A stretch of DNA of 64,000 bases, taken from Bdellovibrio sp. GTDB lineage: Bacteria; Myxococcota; SpSt-1050. The stretch is taken from NCBI GenBank assembly GCA_020725805.1, contig DYEF01000070.1, positions 11,676-75,675 on the forward strand, written 5' to 3'. Under the pieces are notes generated by a model. The model was not told the origin of the DNA. It was given only the letters and a program-made list of their open reading frames with translations, and did no database searches. Shown piece after piece: positions 17,322 to 29,416 of this stretch (its first letter is position 1; every line of letters starts with the position of its first letter). Both the position numbers and the translations under genes were made by a program.

Positions 17322-19674
17322 TACCCGAAGTATCAGCCTTTACAAAAATGACCGAATTTCTTCCTATATCACCTTTCAGAATACATTCTGCAAGCGGTGC
17401 AATTATAAGGCGGTTTATCGCCTGTCTTAAGGGTCTTGCCCCCAGTTCACTGTTAAAACCGTCATTATTCAAAACATATTCAACTGAGGTCGAATCAAAA
17501 ACGACCTCTATACCCTTCTCGTTTCTGAGAGTCTCGGATGTATCTCTCAGTATCAGGGCTGCAATCTCTTTTATATCTTCCCTCGAAAGCGGATAAAAAA
17601 TACATTTTTCGTCAATCCTGTTTAAGAGTTCTATCGGGAAGAAATCACGGAGTGCATCGAATATCTCGTCATCGGATATCCGGGTATCATCCCTCTTTTC
17701 ACCGAAGCCTATTGTCTTTGCAATATTTTTTCTGTAAAAGAGCTCGGCACCGGCATTGGTTGTGATTACTATAATGGTATTTGTAAAATCAACCCTTCTC
17801 CCTCTTCCGTCTGACAGGATTCCGTCATCCAGAACCTGCAAAAACAGTTCCATTACATCCGGATGTGCCTTTTCGGCCTCATCAAGCAGGACTACCGAAT
17901 AAGGTCTCTTCCTGACGGCCTCAGTAAGAACTCCCCCCGATTCAAAACCGACATAGCCGGGAGGGGAGCCAATCAGTCTGGCAACAGAGTGAGACTCGGA
18001 ATATTCGCTCATATCAATCCTTATCATAGAGTCCCGGCTCTGAAAGAGAAAATCCGCAAGAACCTTTGCCATCTCAGTCTTGCCGACTCCGGTGGGTCCG
18101 AGGAAGAGGAATGAACCAATCGGCCTCCTCGATGAAATACCTGCATAATTTCTGCGCAAAACCTGTGCAATCTTTGAAATAACATCCTTATGCGAGATGA
18201 TTTTCGAAGACAGAATCTCTTCCATCTTCAAGAGCCGCTCTGTATCCGTAAGCAGTAGTTTTTCTACCGGAATACCTGTAAGTTTCGAAAGGACCTGTGC
18301 AATCTCGATCTCTGTAACAGTCTCCTTCCCTTCGCGCCTCGACTTGGAACCAGCGAGGTCAATGACAGAGATTGCCTTGTCAGGCAGATATTTATCAGTG
18401 ATATATTTGGAAGAGAGTCTTGCCGCCGCCTCAACAGCAGAATCGGTAAATGTCACCTTATGAAATGCGGAATACTGCGGGACTATACCCTTAAGAATCT
18501 TCACAGTCTCATCGACCGTCGGCTCCCTCACCAGAACAGTCTGGAATCTCCTCTTGAAGGCCGGGTCGCTGTCAAAGAATTTCTTGAATTCCTCATTGGT
18601 CGTTGCACCGATACAGGGGAAATCACCTCTTGCAAGTTCGGTTTTCAACGAATTGGCTGTATCCTCACTTATGTCCTGATTGCCGTTGCCGAGCAGCTGA
18701 TGAATCTCATCAAAGAAGAGAATTATCCTGCCGTTTGCCTTCTTTACCTCTTCCTTGATTCCGTTCAGTTTTTCTGTAAGTGCACCCCTCAGCTGAGTCC
18801 CTGCCATAATAGACGACATATTGAGTTCAATAATAATCTTCCCTTCGAGAGCGGGTACGAGATGCGGCTGATGAACTATTATATCGGCAAGCCCTTCAAC
18901 AATAGCGGTCTTCCCGACTCCGGGTTCCCCTACAAGAAGGGGATTGTTTGTCCTTCTCTTGCCAAGGATATCGATTATCTCCGAAAGTTCCCTCTCCCGA
19001 CCTATAACAGGGTCAATATTACCCTCGAGCGCATCAAGGGATATATTGCGGCCGAGCTTACAGAGAATAGGATACTCTTCCTTAGAGAGCTCAAAAGTAC
19101 CTGATGTCACGGCCTTACTGCCTGCTTCTGCCGTCTCGTTACCTGAACCGACAGGCTCTAAAGCTTCGGCACGGACTGCGGGATTTTTGGTCTGCTGATT
19201 ATTTGCGGCAGGAATATTTGGAATGTTAGGTATTTCGATATGTACAGTCCGGGTTTCATTCACGGGGCTCTTCATACCCGAACTCACAAACTGGGAGACA
19301 TACATTCTAAGTCCGTGAAAATCAGACTGAGTCTTCTCAAGAAGTTTATATGCGAGAGAGTCACGGATATTCAGGATAGCCCACAGAACGGAGAGTGTAT
19401 CCACTATGCTGTTCTTTGAATTCCTCGATGTCTGAACCGCCTTCTGTTTTATCTGTGAAATAATTTCCGGTTTTTCCTCCGGCTTCGACTGAATTACAGA
19501 CAATATTGTATCTTCACTGATTCTCCTGTTCAGGAGAATACTCCTCAGATTGTTTTCAAATGTATATGCGGCAAGAAGTATATGCGCAGAGGTAAGCTGC
19601 TGCCCGGTCTGATTGGCAATATCCTCTGCCTCTCTGAATAAATTTTCGACTGCGTCCGAAAAATTTGCAAACAT
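17302..19674 (-). CDS. Clp/Hsp100 AAA+ chaperone, ClpA/ClpC-type (two nucleotide-binding domains)
   Basis: Clp N-domain. Walker A GEPGVGKT (D1) and GPTGVGKT (D2). No long ClpB coiled-coil middle domain. NIPNIPNIP low-complexity insert between N-domain and D1. Confidence 0.85.
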   Translation of the reverse strand: MFANFSDAVENLFREAEDIANQTGQQLTSAHILLAAYTFENNLRSILLNRRISEDTILSVIQSKPEEKPEIISQIKQKAVQTSRNSKNSIVDTLSVLWAILNIRDSLAYKLLEKTQSDFHGLRMYVSQFVSSGMKSPVNETRTVHIEIPNIPNIPAANNQQTKNPAVRAEALEPVGSGNETAEAGSKAVTSGTFELSKEEYPILCKLGRNISLDALEGNIDPVIGRERELSEIIDILGKRRTNNPLLVGEPGVGKTAIVEGLADIIVHQPHLVPALEGKIIIELNMSSIMAGTQLRGALTEKLNGIKEEVKKANGRIILFFDEIHQLLGNGNQDISEDTANSLKTELARGDFPCIGATTNEEFKKFFDSDPAFKRRFQTVLVREPTVDETVKILKGIVPQYSAFHKVTFTDSAVEAAARLSSKYITDKYLPDKAISVIDLAGSKSRREGKETVTEIEIAQVLSKLTGIPVEKLLLTDTERLLKMEEILSSKIISHKDVISKIAQVLRRNYAGISSRRPIGSFLFLGPTGVGKTEMAKVLADFLFQSRDSMIRIDMSEYSESHSVARLIGSPPGYVGFESGGVLTEAVRKRPYSVVLLDEAEKAHPDVMELFLQVLDDGILSDGRGRRVDFTNTIIVITTNAGAELFYRKNIAKTIGFGEKRDDTRISDDEIFDALRDFFPIELLNRIDEKCIFYPLSREDIKEIAALILRDTSETLRNEKGIEVVFDSTSVEYVLNNDGFNSELGARPLRQAINRLIIAPLAECILKGDIGRNSVIFVKADTSGIVFEKR

Positions 19675-19762
19675 AAATTTTGTTACCTACCCGGGTCGGT
19701 CTATTTTATGCCATAATTATTCGGTCTTTTCAATCAAATTCTCAAAAAAACAGAAGAAAATA

Positions 19763-21175
19763 TCAGATTCCGACCTTGTGAATTGCCATACCTCTGATAT
19801 CCCTCATTGCCTCTCCTACCGATTCCGAGATGGTCGGATGGGGCCATATCAGGTCGTGAATATTATCGAAGGTCATCTTCTCCTTGATGGCAAGAGTAAG
19901 AGCAGTTACCATCTCGGAGGCAGACTCGGATACAATCGTCCCTCCTATAATACGGCCGCTCTCCTTCTCGGATATAATCTTTACAAATCCCTCTGTTGCA
20001 TTCCTTGCCATAGCCATACCGTTGGAGGCCACAAAGAATCTGCCCACCTTCACATCAATCCCCTTTAACTTTGCCTTCTCTTCCGATATCCCGGCAGAGG
20101 CAACCTCAGGATGAGTATAGACAACGGCCGGAACGGCGCTGTAATCCGCTTTGTGGTTTTTCCCCAGAATATTATCAACCGCAATCTCACCATCGTAATG
20201 TGCCTTATGGGCAAGCATCATCCCACCTATTACATCTCCGGCAGCATAGATATTATCAATCTTCGTCTTCAGGTAATCGTCCACAACTATAAATCCCTTT
20301 TCGTTCACCAGCTCTCTCTTCAGTGAGTCGGACATATTAGTAACCGGCCTCCTGCCGGCAGCTATAAGTACCCTGTCTACTACGATATTTTTCTTGTTAC
20401 TCAAAAGAGCATTTACACCCTCACCGGACAGACTCAGATTCTCAATCCCGACATCTGTATAGACCTCTGCACCGAGTGATTTCAGTCTGTTCTGCACAAT
20501 ACGGGAGGCCATCATATCCTCTGTTGCAATGAGCCTCTTCAGAATCTCCACAAGGTAGACCTTCACACCAAATACAGACATTATCATCGCAAATTCAACA
20601 CCGATGACACCTCCGCCGATTATGAGAAGAGACCGAGGCAATTCCTGTAATGACAAAATATCGGTCGAATCCAGAATATATTTATGGTCAACCTCAACAC
20701 CTCTTATACCTGAAGGCTCGCTCCCCGTACATATCAGGAGATATCTGAAATCTACGAAAATCTTTTCATCAGAACTCTTAGGACTTATCAGAACCTTTTC
20801 CGGCGATTCAATAAATGCATCGCCTTCGTAATAATCTATCCTATTACCTTTTATAAGCTGCCTTATTCCTTCAACCTGCTTATTTACGATTGACTCTTTC
20901 CTCCGAAACAATTCTGAAAAGTCAATCTGCGGATTTATGTCGCTTTGTTTTATCCCGAACTCACCTGACTCTCTCATTTTCATCATAAGCTCTGCCGATG
21001 CACAATACGTCTTTGTAGGAATACATCCGCGGTTGAGACAGGTCCCGCCCGGTTTATCCTTCTCTGCAAGACCGACCTTAAGACCCTTTTTTGCCGCGTA
21101 GATCGCCGCCGCATACCCTGCCGGACCACCACCGACCACAAAAATGTCATATACCTTATCAGGACTCATAGTCAC
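19763..21175 (-). CDS. lpdA: dihydrolipoyl dehydrogenase
   Basis: FAD site VVGGGPAGY. Redox-active disulfide GGTCLNRGCIPTK. C-terminal HPTISE interface motif. 470 aa. Confidence 0.8.
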   Translation of the reverse strand: MTMSPDKVYDIFVVGGGPAGYAAAIYAAKKGLKVGLAEKDKPGGTCLNRGCIPTKTYCASAELMMKMRESGEFGIKQSDINPQIDFSELFRRKESIVNKQVEGIRQLIKGNRIDYYEGDAFIESPEKVLISPKSSDEKIFVDFRYLLICTGSEPSGIRGVEVDHKYILDSTDILSLQELPRSLLIIGGGVIGVEFAMIMSVFGVKVYLVEILKRLIATEDMMASRIVQNRLKSLGAEVYTDVGIENLSLSGEGVNALLSNKKNIVVDRVLIAAGRRPVTNMSDSLKRELVNEKGFIVVDDYLKTKIDNIYAAGDVIGGMMLAHKAHYDGEIAVDNILGKNHKADYSAVPAVVYTHPEVASAGISEEKAKLKGIDVKVGRFFVASNGMAMARNATEGFVKIISEKESGRIIGGTIVSESASEMVTALTLAIKEKMTFDNIHDLIWPHPTISESVGEAMRDIRGMAIHKVGI

Positions 21176-21279
21176 CTCCTGAATTTATAGAGGAAAATCT
21201 ATGCACATACCACAAATCCACAATTTGTATCTATTTCAATTATCATCTGCTGTCAAAGAAAAGAGGAATGATTGAAAAA

Positions 21280-21891
21280 TCAGAATCTGTAAAAGACAGA
21301 AGGACCGAATATCAGATAATAGTTCTCGAACCACTTATCCCACTTGTCATTGTAACGAATGTGCGTATAGAATCTGGAGTATTCCGCAGAGAGCCTCAGA
21401 CTCCAGTTTTCTGACAACTCAAACCGGTATCCGGCTCCAAACATATAACCTGAAAGAAAAAAATTTTTATCCTTATGGTCAGACTGACCGCTCATATAAC
21501 CTATCTGAGGTGCTGCCGTTAAATAAAATCCATATATCGGGCAGATATCAATTTCGAGGCTGAATATGCCTAAAGGACCCGTTTCAACAGGAGGCACATA
21601 ATATGAATAATCCAGACGAGACAGAGAAGGCGTCATCAGTCCCGTTGCCGACAGCATAACATAAATATACCTGTTGATTTCTGTACCAAGAAAAAGTCTG
21701 AGAGCCGCAGGAATTGACAATATTGCTTTTCCTTCGCTGGACCACGTCTTTACAAATGCATCTCCCCAGTAAATCCCCGTTCCGATAAAAAATCCGGGAG
21801 TATCCGGAGTCTTTTCCTGTTCTTCAGAGAAGAGATTTGCTGATATTGCAAAACAGAAGATTATCAGCAAAATGAAAAATCTGCTATTCAT
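21280..21891 (-). CDS. small outer-membrane beta-barrel protein
   Basis: Signal peptide. Alternating beta-strand pattern. C-terminal ...FYRF. Confidence 0.55.
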   Translation of the reverse strand: MNSRFFILLIIFCFAISANLFSEEQEKTPDTPGFFIGTGIYWGDAFVKTWSSEGKAILSIPAALRLFLGTEINRYIYVMLSATGLMTPSLSRLDYSYYVPPVETGPLGIFSLEIDICPIYGFYLTAAPQIGYMSGQSDHKDKNFFLSGYMFGAGYRFELSENWSLRLSAEYSRFYTHIRYNDKWDKWFENYYLIFGPSVFYRF

Positions 21892-21972
21892 TTCTATGCT
21901 CCCATAACTCTGACCAAAAACCTGCTAATATCTTACTGCAGAACAAAAATTATATCAATAACAGATTACAAT

Positions 21973-22482
21973 CTATACCTTTGGTATATCCGCATTGACC
22001 TTGACGGGGGACGGATGACTTGACTGACCCTTCGAAAGATTTATGGATTTATCTGTCTTGCAGTTACCTTCGAAAATCACACCCGATTCAATCATAAGAT
22101 TGCCTGTGACTATATTACCAACCACCTTTGCCGGTGCGTGAAGTTCACAGGACTTCTGAGCAATAATATTCCCCTTGATTTCACCGTAAACAGAGACCGA
22201 ACCAACCGATATCTCAGCCTGAATATGGGCACCCTCTCCTATAATCAGTGTATCCTCACTGAAAATCTCACCGATAAAATCACCCTCAATCCTTACAGTC
22301 CCCTCGAATGTGAGTTTTCCTTCAAACTTTGAACCTTTGCCGAGAATTGCATTAAGACTTGTAGGGTCCTTCATAATCTCTTCCTTTTTTCCAAGAGGCA
22401 TTTTATTCTCCTTTTTTATATTTTGGATATCTTCAAAATTATCATATTCAGTTTTTGAATCCTTCTTTGAAAATATCATCAT
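21973..22482 (-). CDS. bactofilin
   Basis: Repeating G-x-(I/V)-x-G beta-helix pattern (FEGTVRIEGDFIGEI...VYGEIKGNI...VVGNIVTGNL). Starts 4 nt after the parB stop. Confidence 0.75.
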   Translation of the reverse strand: MMIFSKKDSKTEYDNFEDIQNIKKENKMPLGKKEEIMKDPTSLNAILGKGSKFEGKLTFEGTVRIEGDFIGEIFSEDTLIIGEGAHIQAEISVGSVSVYGEIKGNIIAQKSCELHAPAKVVGNIVTGNLMIESGVIFEGNCKTDKSINLSKGQSSHPSPVKVNADIPKV

Positions 22483-22485
22483 CTC

Positions 22486-23319
22486 TCACCTCAAAAGCAA
22501 ATCAATCAGATTCTTTAATTCGTCTTCTGACGAAAAATACATCGTAACACTTCCGCTCTTGTTCTTTCTGATACCTATTGCGGTCTTTACCCTGTAATAT
22601 CTCTGAAGATTCTCTTCCAGATTTCTTACATAAGACGGTGCCGGGCCTGCAGGTTTCGACGCAGATTTAGCCTTTCTCTCTGCTTCTCTGACATTCAGAC
22701 TCTCCCTCAAAATACTCGAAAGCAGTTTCTGCATCTCTGCTTCGCTCTTTGCCATCAGAAGTGCCCTTGCGTGCCCTTCGGTTATCTCCCCGCTTCTGAG
22801 CTTTTCCTTTATGTTGTCGGGGAGTTTCAGAAGTCTTAGTACATTTGCGACCGCCGGCCTGCTTCTGCCGATCTTTTTTGATAATTCCTCCTGTGTGAGG
22901 CCGAACTTCTCCATCATATACTGATACGCCTCTGCCTCTTCCAGAGGATTGAGGTCCCTGCGGTGTATATTTTCGATTATCGCCGTCTCGAGGGCCTCTT
23001 TGTCACTCATACCTGTTATAATTACCGGGACTTCCTTTAGCCCCGCCTTCAGTGCAGCCCTGAATCTTCTCTCGCCGAATACAATTTCGAACCCGCTGCC
23101 GGCAGGTCTGACAAGTATAGGCTGCAGAACCCCTTTTTCCTTTATGGAGGCAGCGAGTTCATCGATAGAGGATTCATCAAAGAACTTACGCGGCTGATTC
23201 GAATTGGGTCTTATGAACTCAACCGGCTTATAGATTATTTCCTTTCTGTTAACAGCTTCCTGAGGTTTTGAACCCAACAGGGCATCAAGTCCTCTGCCAA
23301 GAGCCTTCTTCTGCTGCAT
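22486..23319 (-). CDS. parB: ParB/Spo0J chromosome-partitioning protein
   Basis: ParB box GERRFRAAL. HTH. N-terminal LGRGLDALL. No parA anywhere in the window. Confidence 0.9.
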   Translation of the reverse strand: MQQKKALGRGLDALLGSKPQEAVNRKEIIYKPVEFIRPNSNQPRKFFDESSIDELAASIKEKGVLQPILVRPAGSGFEIVFGERRFRAALKAGLKEVPVIITGMSDKEALETAIIENIHRRDLNPLEEAEAYQYMMEKFGLTQEELSKKIGRSRPAVANVLRLLKLPDNIKEKLRSGEITEGHARALLMAKSEAEMQKLLSSILRESLNVREAERKAKSASKPAGPAPSYVRNLEENLQRYYRVKTAIGIRKNKSGSVTMYFSSEDELKNLIDLLLR

Positions 23320-23328
23320 CTTTCCCCT

Positions 23329-23511
23329 TTATTCTTCTCTGTAAAAAACCGTTATGGTAAGGCAGTGAAATTCATTGTCGGAACTTTGTGTAACCACCTT
23401 GTCAACAACTTTTATTCTGGGATTCTCCCTGAGCCATTTTGTGATAGTCTCTCCGAGTTCCTCTCTCTCCTTTGCCTTTGTTGCAGTAAAAATCTTTACT
23501 CCGTTAAACAT
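23329..23511 (-). CDS. small hypothetical protein (60 aa)
   Basis: GAGGAGG 8 nt upstream of the ATG. Immediately upstream of parB on the same strand. Confidence 0.5.
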   Translation of the reverse strand: MFNGVKIFTATKAKEREELGETITKWLRENPRIKVVDKVVTQSSDNEFHCLTITVFYREE

Positions 23512-23618
23512 TTGTACAAGACCTCCTCAAACAGTTACTTACCGTACACACTGTACGTTTGCGATGGACTCTATATAATACTTTTTGCAAATTATGTAAA
23601 TACTAAAAAACACTGCCA

Positions 23619-24665
23619 TCAGACTGTCCCCACCGCATCCCTTGTGCTCTCCTTGATTTTGTACATTGCCGAATCCGCGAGGGCAATAAGTGTATTGCGG
23701 TCTCTGGCATCGTCCGGAATAGTCGCCACGCCATAACTCGCCTTTACCTGCAGTGCAAGACCCATATCATTTAAGAAGCTGTGCGAAAGAATCTGCTCCC
23801 TCAGAAGTTTTGCAAATTCAAATGCCTCTGCCTTCCCTGTGTCGGGCAGAATAATTACAAATTCATCTCCCCCGTATCTGATGGGTATATATTCGGGTTT
23901 CAGTATCTTCTTTATAAAGAAGCCGACCTCCCTCAATATTGCGCTCCCGCACATATGTCCGTAGGTATCATTTACCTTTTTAAAGTGGTCGAGGTCAAAG
24001 AAAATAAGAGAGAGAGCACTGCCTTTTCTGATAGTATTCTCCACCTCTCTGCTCAGATATTCATACATAAACCTGACATTATAAAGCGAGGTGTGGTCGT
24101 CTGTTATGACAAGTTCGTTGACCTTTCTGAAGTTATTGGCATTGTCTATGGCAATCGCTGTAAAATCAGCTATTATCCTCAGCAGCCTCATATCAAATTC
24201 CGTAAACCTGCCCTCCTCAATCTTGTTGACGAGTTCTATAACCCCCAGAACCTTTCCCTTGTTGATAAGCGGAACACAGACAATGGATTTGGTCTCGAAA
24301 TTGGCTTCGCTGTCGAACCTCGAACAGAATCTCTTATCTTCCTTTACATTCGAAATCAGTTCTGCCTTTCCGCTCTTTGCAACCCATCCTGCCACGCCCT
24401 CGTCGAGAGGGAGTTCCTTCCCTAAAAGTATTTCTGACGCCTCTCCTACTGCTATTTCGAACCTGAGCCGCTGTCTCTCCTCATCGAGGAGCAGAAGTGA
24501 CCAGTTCTTTGCCTTTAGGAACTGTCCTACCTTGACCATCAGGATCTTCAGAACTTCGGAGATATCTACACTGCTTGTCAGAGTCTTGCTGATATCATTT
24601 AACAGTTCGACCTCCGACCTTAACTGCTGAAGCTCCCTTTTCAGCTTTATCTCGTCGCCATTCAT
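23619..24665 (-). CDS. GAF-domain diguanylate cyclase (GGDEF)
   Basis: N-terminal coiled coil plus GAF. RYGGDEFVIIL active site. No obvious RxxD I-site. Confidence 0.9.
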   Translation of the reverse strand: MNGDEIKLKRELQQLRSEVELLNDISKTLTSSVDISEVLKILMVKVGQFLKAKNWSLLLLDEERQRLRFEIAVGEASEILLGKELPLDEGVAGWVAKSGKAELISNVKEDKRFCSRFDSEANFETKSIVCVPLINKGKVLGVIELVNKIEEGRFTEFDMRLLRIIADFTAIAIDNANNFRKVNELVITDDHTSLYNVRFMYEYLSREVENTIRKGSALSLIFFDLDHFKKVNDTYGHMCGSAILREVGFFIKKILKPEYIPIRYGGDEFVIILPDTGKAEAFEFAKLLREQILSHSFLNDMGLALQVKASYGVATIPDDARDRNTLIALADSAMYKIKESTRDAVGTV

Positions 24666-24669
24666 AATT

Positions 24670-25821
24670 TTACCTCAAAACAGAACAACCGCAACCCCCG
24701 TTATCATCCCCGCTTACGGATTCCGAATCCGGCTGTGAAGAATCAGTAGTTATACCGGCATCTTCAGAATCACCATTTCCGGCATCCGGAACAACAGCCT
24801 TTTCATAATAAAACGGAGCCGTCCAGATAACGATTTCATTATTGATTCCTATCCTGAGATAATACCATTTATTCGAATCAGAGAAACTGAGCGTAAATTT
24901 TAACGGTTCGTCCTTTTTGATATCATTAAATGTCTGAGATACCGTTCCGCCTGTTGTTATAACATCCACTGATGTAAAGATATCATTCCCGTCGGGGTCA
25001 GAAAGCAGCAGTTCACAGTTCACATTCTCTTTATTAAAGATAGTTTCACCCGCCCATTTTCCTTCACAGAGCCACTTAACTACCGCATTCTTATTACAGG
25101 TAGAATATGTTCTTCCATTTCTCAGACCTTCGATGAGATTATCCCTTGACAAAGACGGGAGCCACACAGCCGCTCTGCAGTCATTATGAGTCCCCCAGTC
25201 AGGGCTATGATTATCCTGATTATATACAGGAGAGAGGTGCCAGCCCTTATCCAGTGCCTGAATGTATGAAAGTTCCTGTCTGTCATCCTTATCAAAAGCA
25301 GACTTTACTTCAATAAGCGATATTATCTCATCTACATCTTTTCTGTATTCATACTGGTGATAATTGTACATCGGTAAATCCGTATTATAGTCAGGATGAT
25401 TAAACTGCATAAATGCCGGAGGATACCTCAGAAGCTCTGTATAGAATTTATTGATATGGTCATTGATGTAACAGTCAATCGAATAGAAGTGCTCGGTCAT
25501 AAACATATTGCTGTGATTATAAATCGGTGAACCCCATTCGAATCCCCAGAGCGTTTCATAGACTCCCTCAACCCTCTCTGAATCAGCAACTCTTATCATC
25601 TCCTTCAGTTCATCCTGTGTCAGCTGCTCCATATGGTCTGTCAGAGCGAAAAAATCCAGTTTTGCCACATCCCTTGCATAGGTATAAGCCTCAAGAGCTG
25701 TTCCTTTTCCGTCCGAATGGGAACAGTGTGCGTGGAGATTACCGAAGTAAACTCTGTATTCACCGGCATTTACTACAGAGAAAGATAAAAGAAACAGTAA
25801 AGATATAATAAATTTTTTCAA
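24670..25821 (-). CDS. secreted PHP-domain metal-dependent phosphoesterase
   Basis: NLHAHCSHSDG (HxH...SDG) PHP motif. Likely true start is TTG at 25821 (MKKFIISLLFLLSFSVVNA signal peptide, GGGAGGAG upstream). The ORF-track ATG at 25845 would add 8 residues. Confidence 0.65.
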   Translation of the reverse strand: MKKFIISLLFLLSFSVVNAGEYRVYFGNLHAHCSHSDGKGTALEAYTYARDVAKLDFFALTDHMEQLTQDELKEMIRVADSERVEGVYETLWGFEWGSPIYNHSNMFMTEHFYSIDCYINDHINKFYTELLRYPPAFMQFNHPDYNTDLPMYNYHQYEYRKDVDEIISLIEVKSAFDKDDRQELSYIQALDKGWHLSPVYNQDNHSPDWGTHNDCRAAVWLPSLSRDNLIEGLRNGRTYSTCNKNAVVKWLCEGKWAGETIFNKENVNCELLLSDPDGNDIFTSVDVITTGGTVSQTFNDIKKDEPLKFTLSFSDSNKWYYLRIGINNEIVIWTAPFYYEKAVVPDAGNGDSEDAGITTDSSQPDSESVSGDDNGGCGCSVLR

Positions 25822-25878
25822 AATCTCCTCCCTGTTGTAATCCAAAATATTCCATTTTTAATGATTTGTAAAGACTGA

Positions 25879-27378
25879 TTAAAGATTATCTATAGAAAAT
25901 TTAAATATCAGAAGATCTGTACCGGAAAAGTCAGTATAATCGTTTGCAAATGCACCTCCGGCAAAGAGATGTCCGTAGGCGATTAGCGATTTCAGTCTGA
26001 AATATCTGTTTCTGAACCATTCTCTCTCTACACCGAAGTCAAGTTCCAGTCCCAGAAGATTGGACGTAGAAAATGAGTTGAAGAAGTTTTTTTTATTATC
26101 AGACATATAGGAATAATACGGGTCTATCATATCTTCAGATGTTCCCGCAAGCAGCACAGAAGATATGAACTTAAAAAGCCCCGCAAACTGATACTCCAGA
26201 TTCAGTGAGGCAAATATTGTGTTTGAGATACTCCCGTTTGTCTCCGGGTCTGATATATATTCTGGTTCATCATAAAAAAGGAGATTCATCGAGCGCAGAG
26301 AAGATGCCGCAGAAGAAAAACCATATAACTCCGGAAATAGAATCATCCCTTCCTTGAATTCCGTATTGAATCTGAATGCCTTCTCCTTATTATCAAAAGG
26401 ATTATCATCCCCGCTCGCGAATCCTATATCAAGATATAATCTGTAATCACGGTCGGTAATACCGGTCCTGATCAGAAGCCCGTATGAAAAGATATCATAC
26501 TCTGACAAAAGACCACGGAATCTCTTTTCCCTCAGACCGGAAATAACCGCAGATTCAAAATAGAAAAATATGTTCGGTGAAGTAATATCGTTATACAGAT
26601 AGTGTTCTTTTTTTATGAAGACATCGTAAATATTCAGTATTGTATTCTCACCGAAAAGACTCTCGATGAACCGTCCTGAGTACAAAAATCCGACCTTAAA
26701 GCCGTCTTTTAAGTCCATTCCCGATTCCGAATCATAGACAAGGGACGCGGTCAGATGATAACCATTATCTCCGTATCTGATATCCATAAAATTATCCCTG
26801 ATAATTAATCCCGCCCCTATATTCAGTTCTATGCGGTCGGAAATATCGGGTCTTGTGAATGAACCAAGCGGCATAAACGAGAGAAATAGTCCGGCAGATG
26901 TATCACCCTGATAATTGTCGCCAATAAGAGACCTGCTTTCCCCGTTATTGATAATCATCCCTGTCCCCCACTGTGAGAGCTTCTGACCTGCCGCGATTCT
27001 GAAATTACGGTGAGAATATTTGAGATAAATCTCTCTTGTAAAAATTCTGTCGACCGCCCATCCGTATTTGTGATTCCTTGCAATTCTTGAATGATTAACC
27101 GCCTCCGGAGTCAGGTCCCCGTCAATGATACCTCCTGCTTCAAATTCGGTAGTAACACTTACATCACCGCAATACAGGTTTGACGCAAAGACAAGCCTCT
27201 GTTCTACATAAAAGTTCTGTCCCAGATATTCTAAAGGACCAACGGGGATATCACCCAGATTCCTTACAGACAGTCTGTATTCAAAGGGCATGGAATAATC
27301 GTAGTCATCTTCACTTATTGATGACAAATCCCCTCCTCCAAGGACAAGTATCAGGGCGGCACACAGTACAAGGCTCAT
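25879..27378 (-). CDS. outer-membrane beta-barrel protein (hypothetical)
   Basis: Signal peptide. Extensive alternating-strand pattern over 499 aa. Confidence 0.55.
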   Translation of the reverse strand: MSLVLCAALILVLGGGDLSSISEDDYDYSMPFEYRLSVRNLGDIPVGPLEYLGQNFYVEQRLVFASNLYCGDVSVTTEFEAGGIIDGDLTPEAVNHSRIARNHKYGWAVDRIFTREIYLKYSHRNFRIAAGQKLSQWGTGMIINNGESRSLIGDNYQGDTSAGLFLSFMPLGSFTRPDISDRIELNIGAGLIIRDNFMDIRYGDNGYHLTASLVYDSESGMDLKDGFKVGFLYSGRFIESLFGENTILNIYDVFIKKEHYLYNDITSPNIFFYFESAVISGLREKRFRGLLSEYDIFSYGLLIRTGITDRDYRLYLDIGFASGDDNPFDNKEKAFRFNTEFKEGMILFPELYGFSSAASSLRSMNLLFYDEPEYISDPETNGSISNTIFASLNLEYQFAGLFKFISSVLLAGTSEDMIDPYYSYMSDNKKNFFNSFSTSNLLGLELDFGVEREWFRNRYFRLKSLIAYGHLFAGGAFANDYTDFSGTDLLIFKFSIDNL

Positions 27379-27382
27379 AAAA

Positions 27383-29416
<2,034 letters not shown>

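Noticed and set aside
18460-19104. 214-aa plus-strand ORF inside the Clp ATPase gene; similar long antisense ORFs at 27842..28609 (in ligA), 23781..24425 (in GGDEF), 29559..30065 (in NSS transporter), 55695..56240 (over the pilin gene), 61441..61989 (in DegT), 62651..63091 (in GH4), 35605..36066
   Set aside because: All lie antisense within well-supported conserved genes, lack RBS, and have low-complexity or Ser/Pro-rich translations typical of shadow ORFs.
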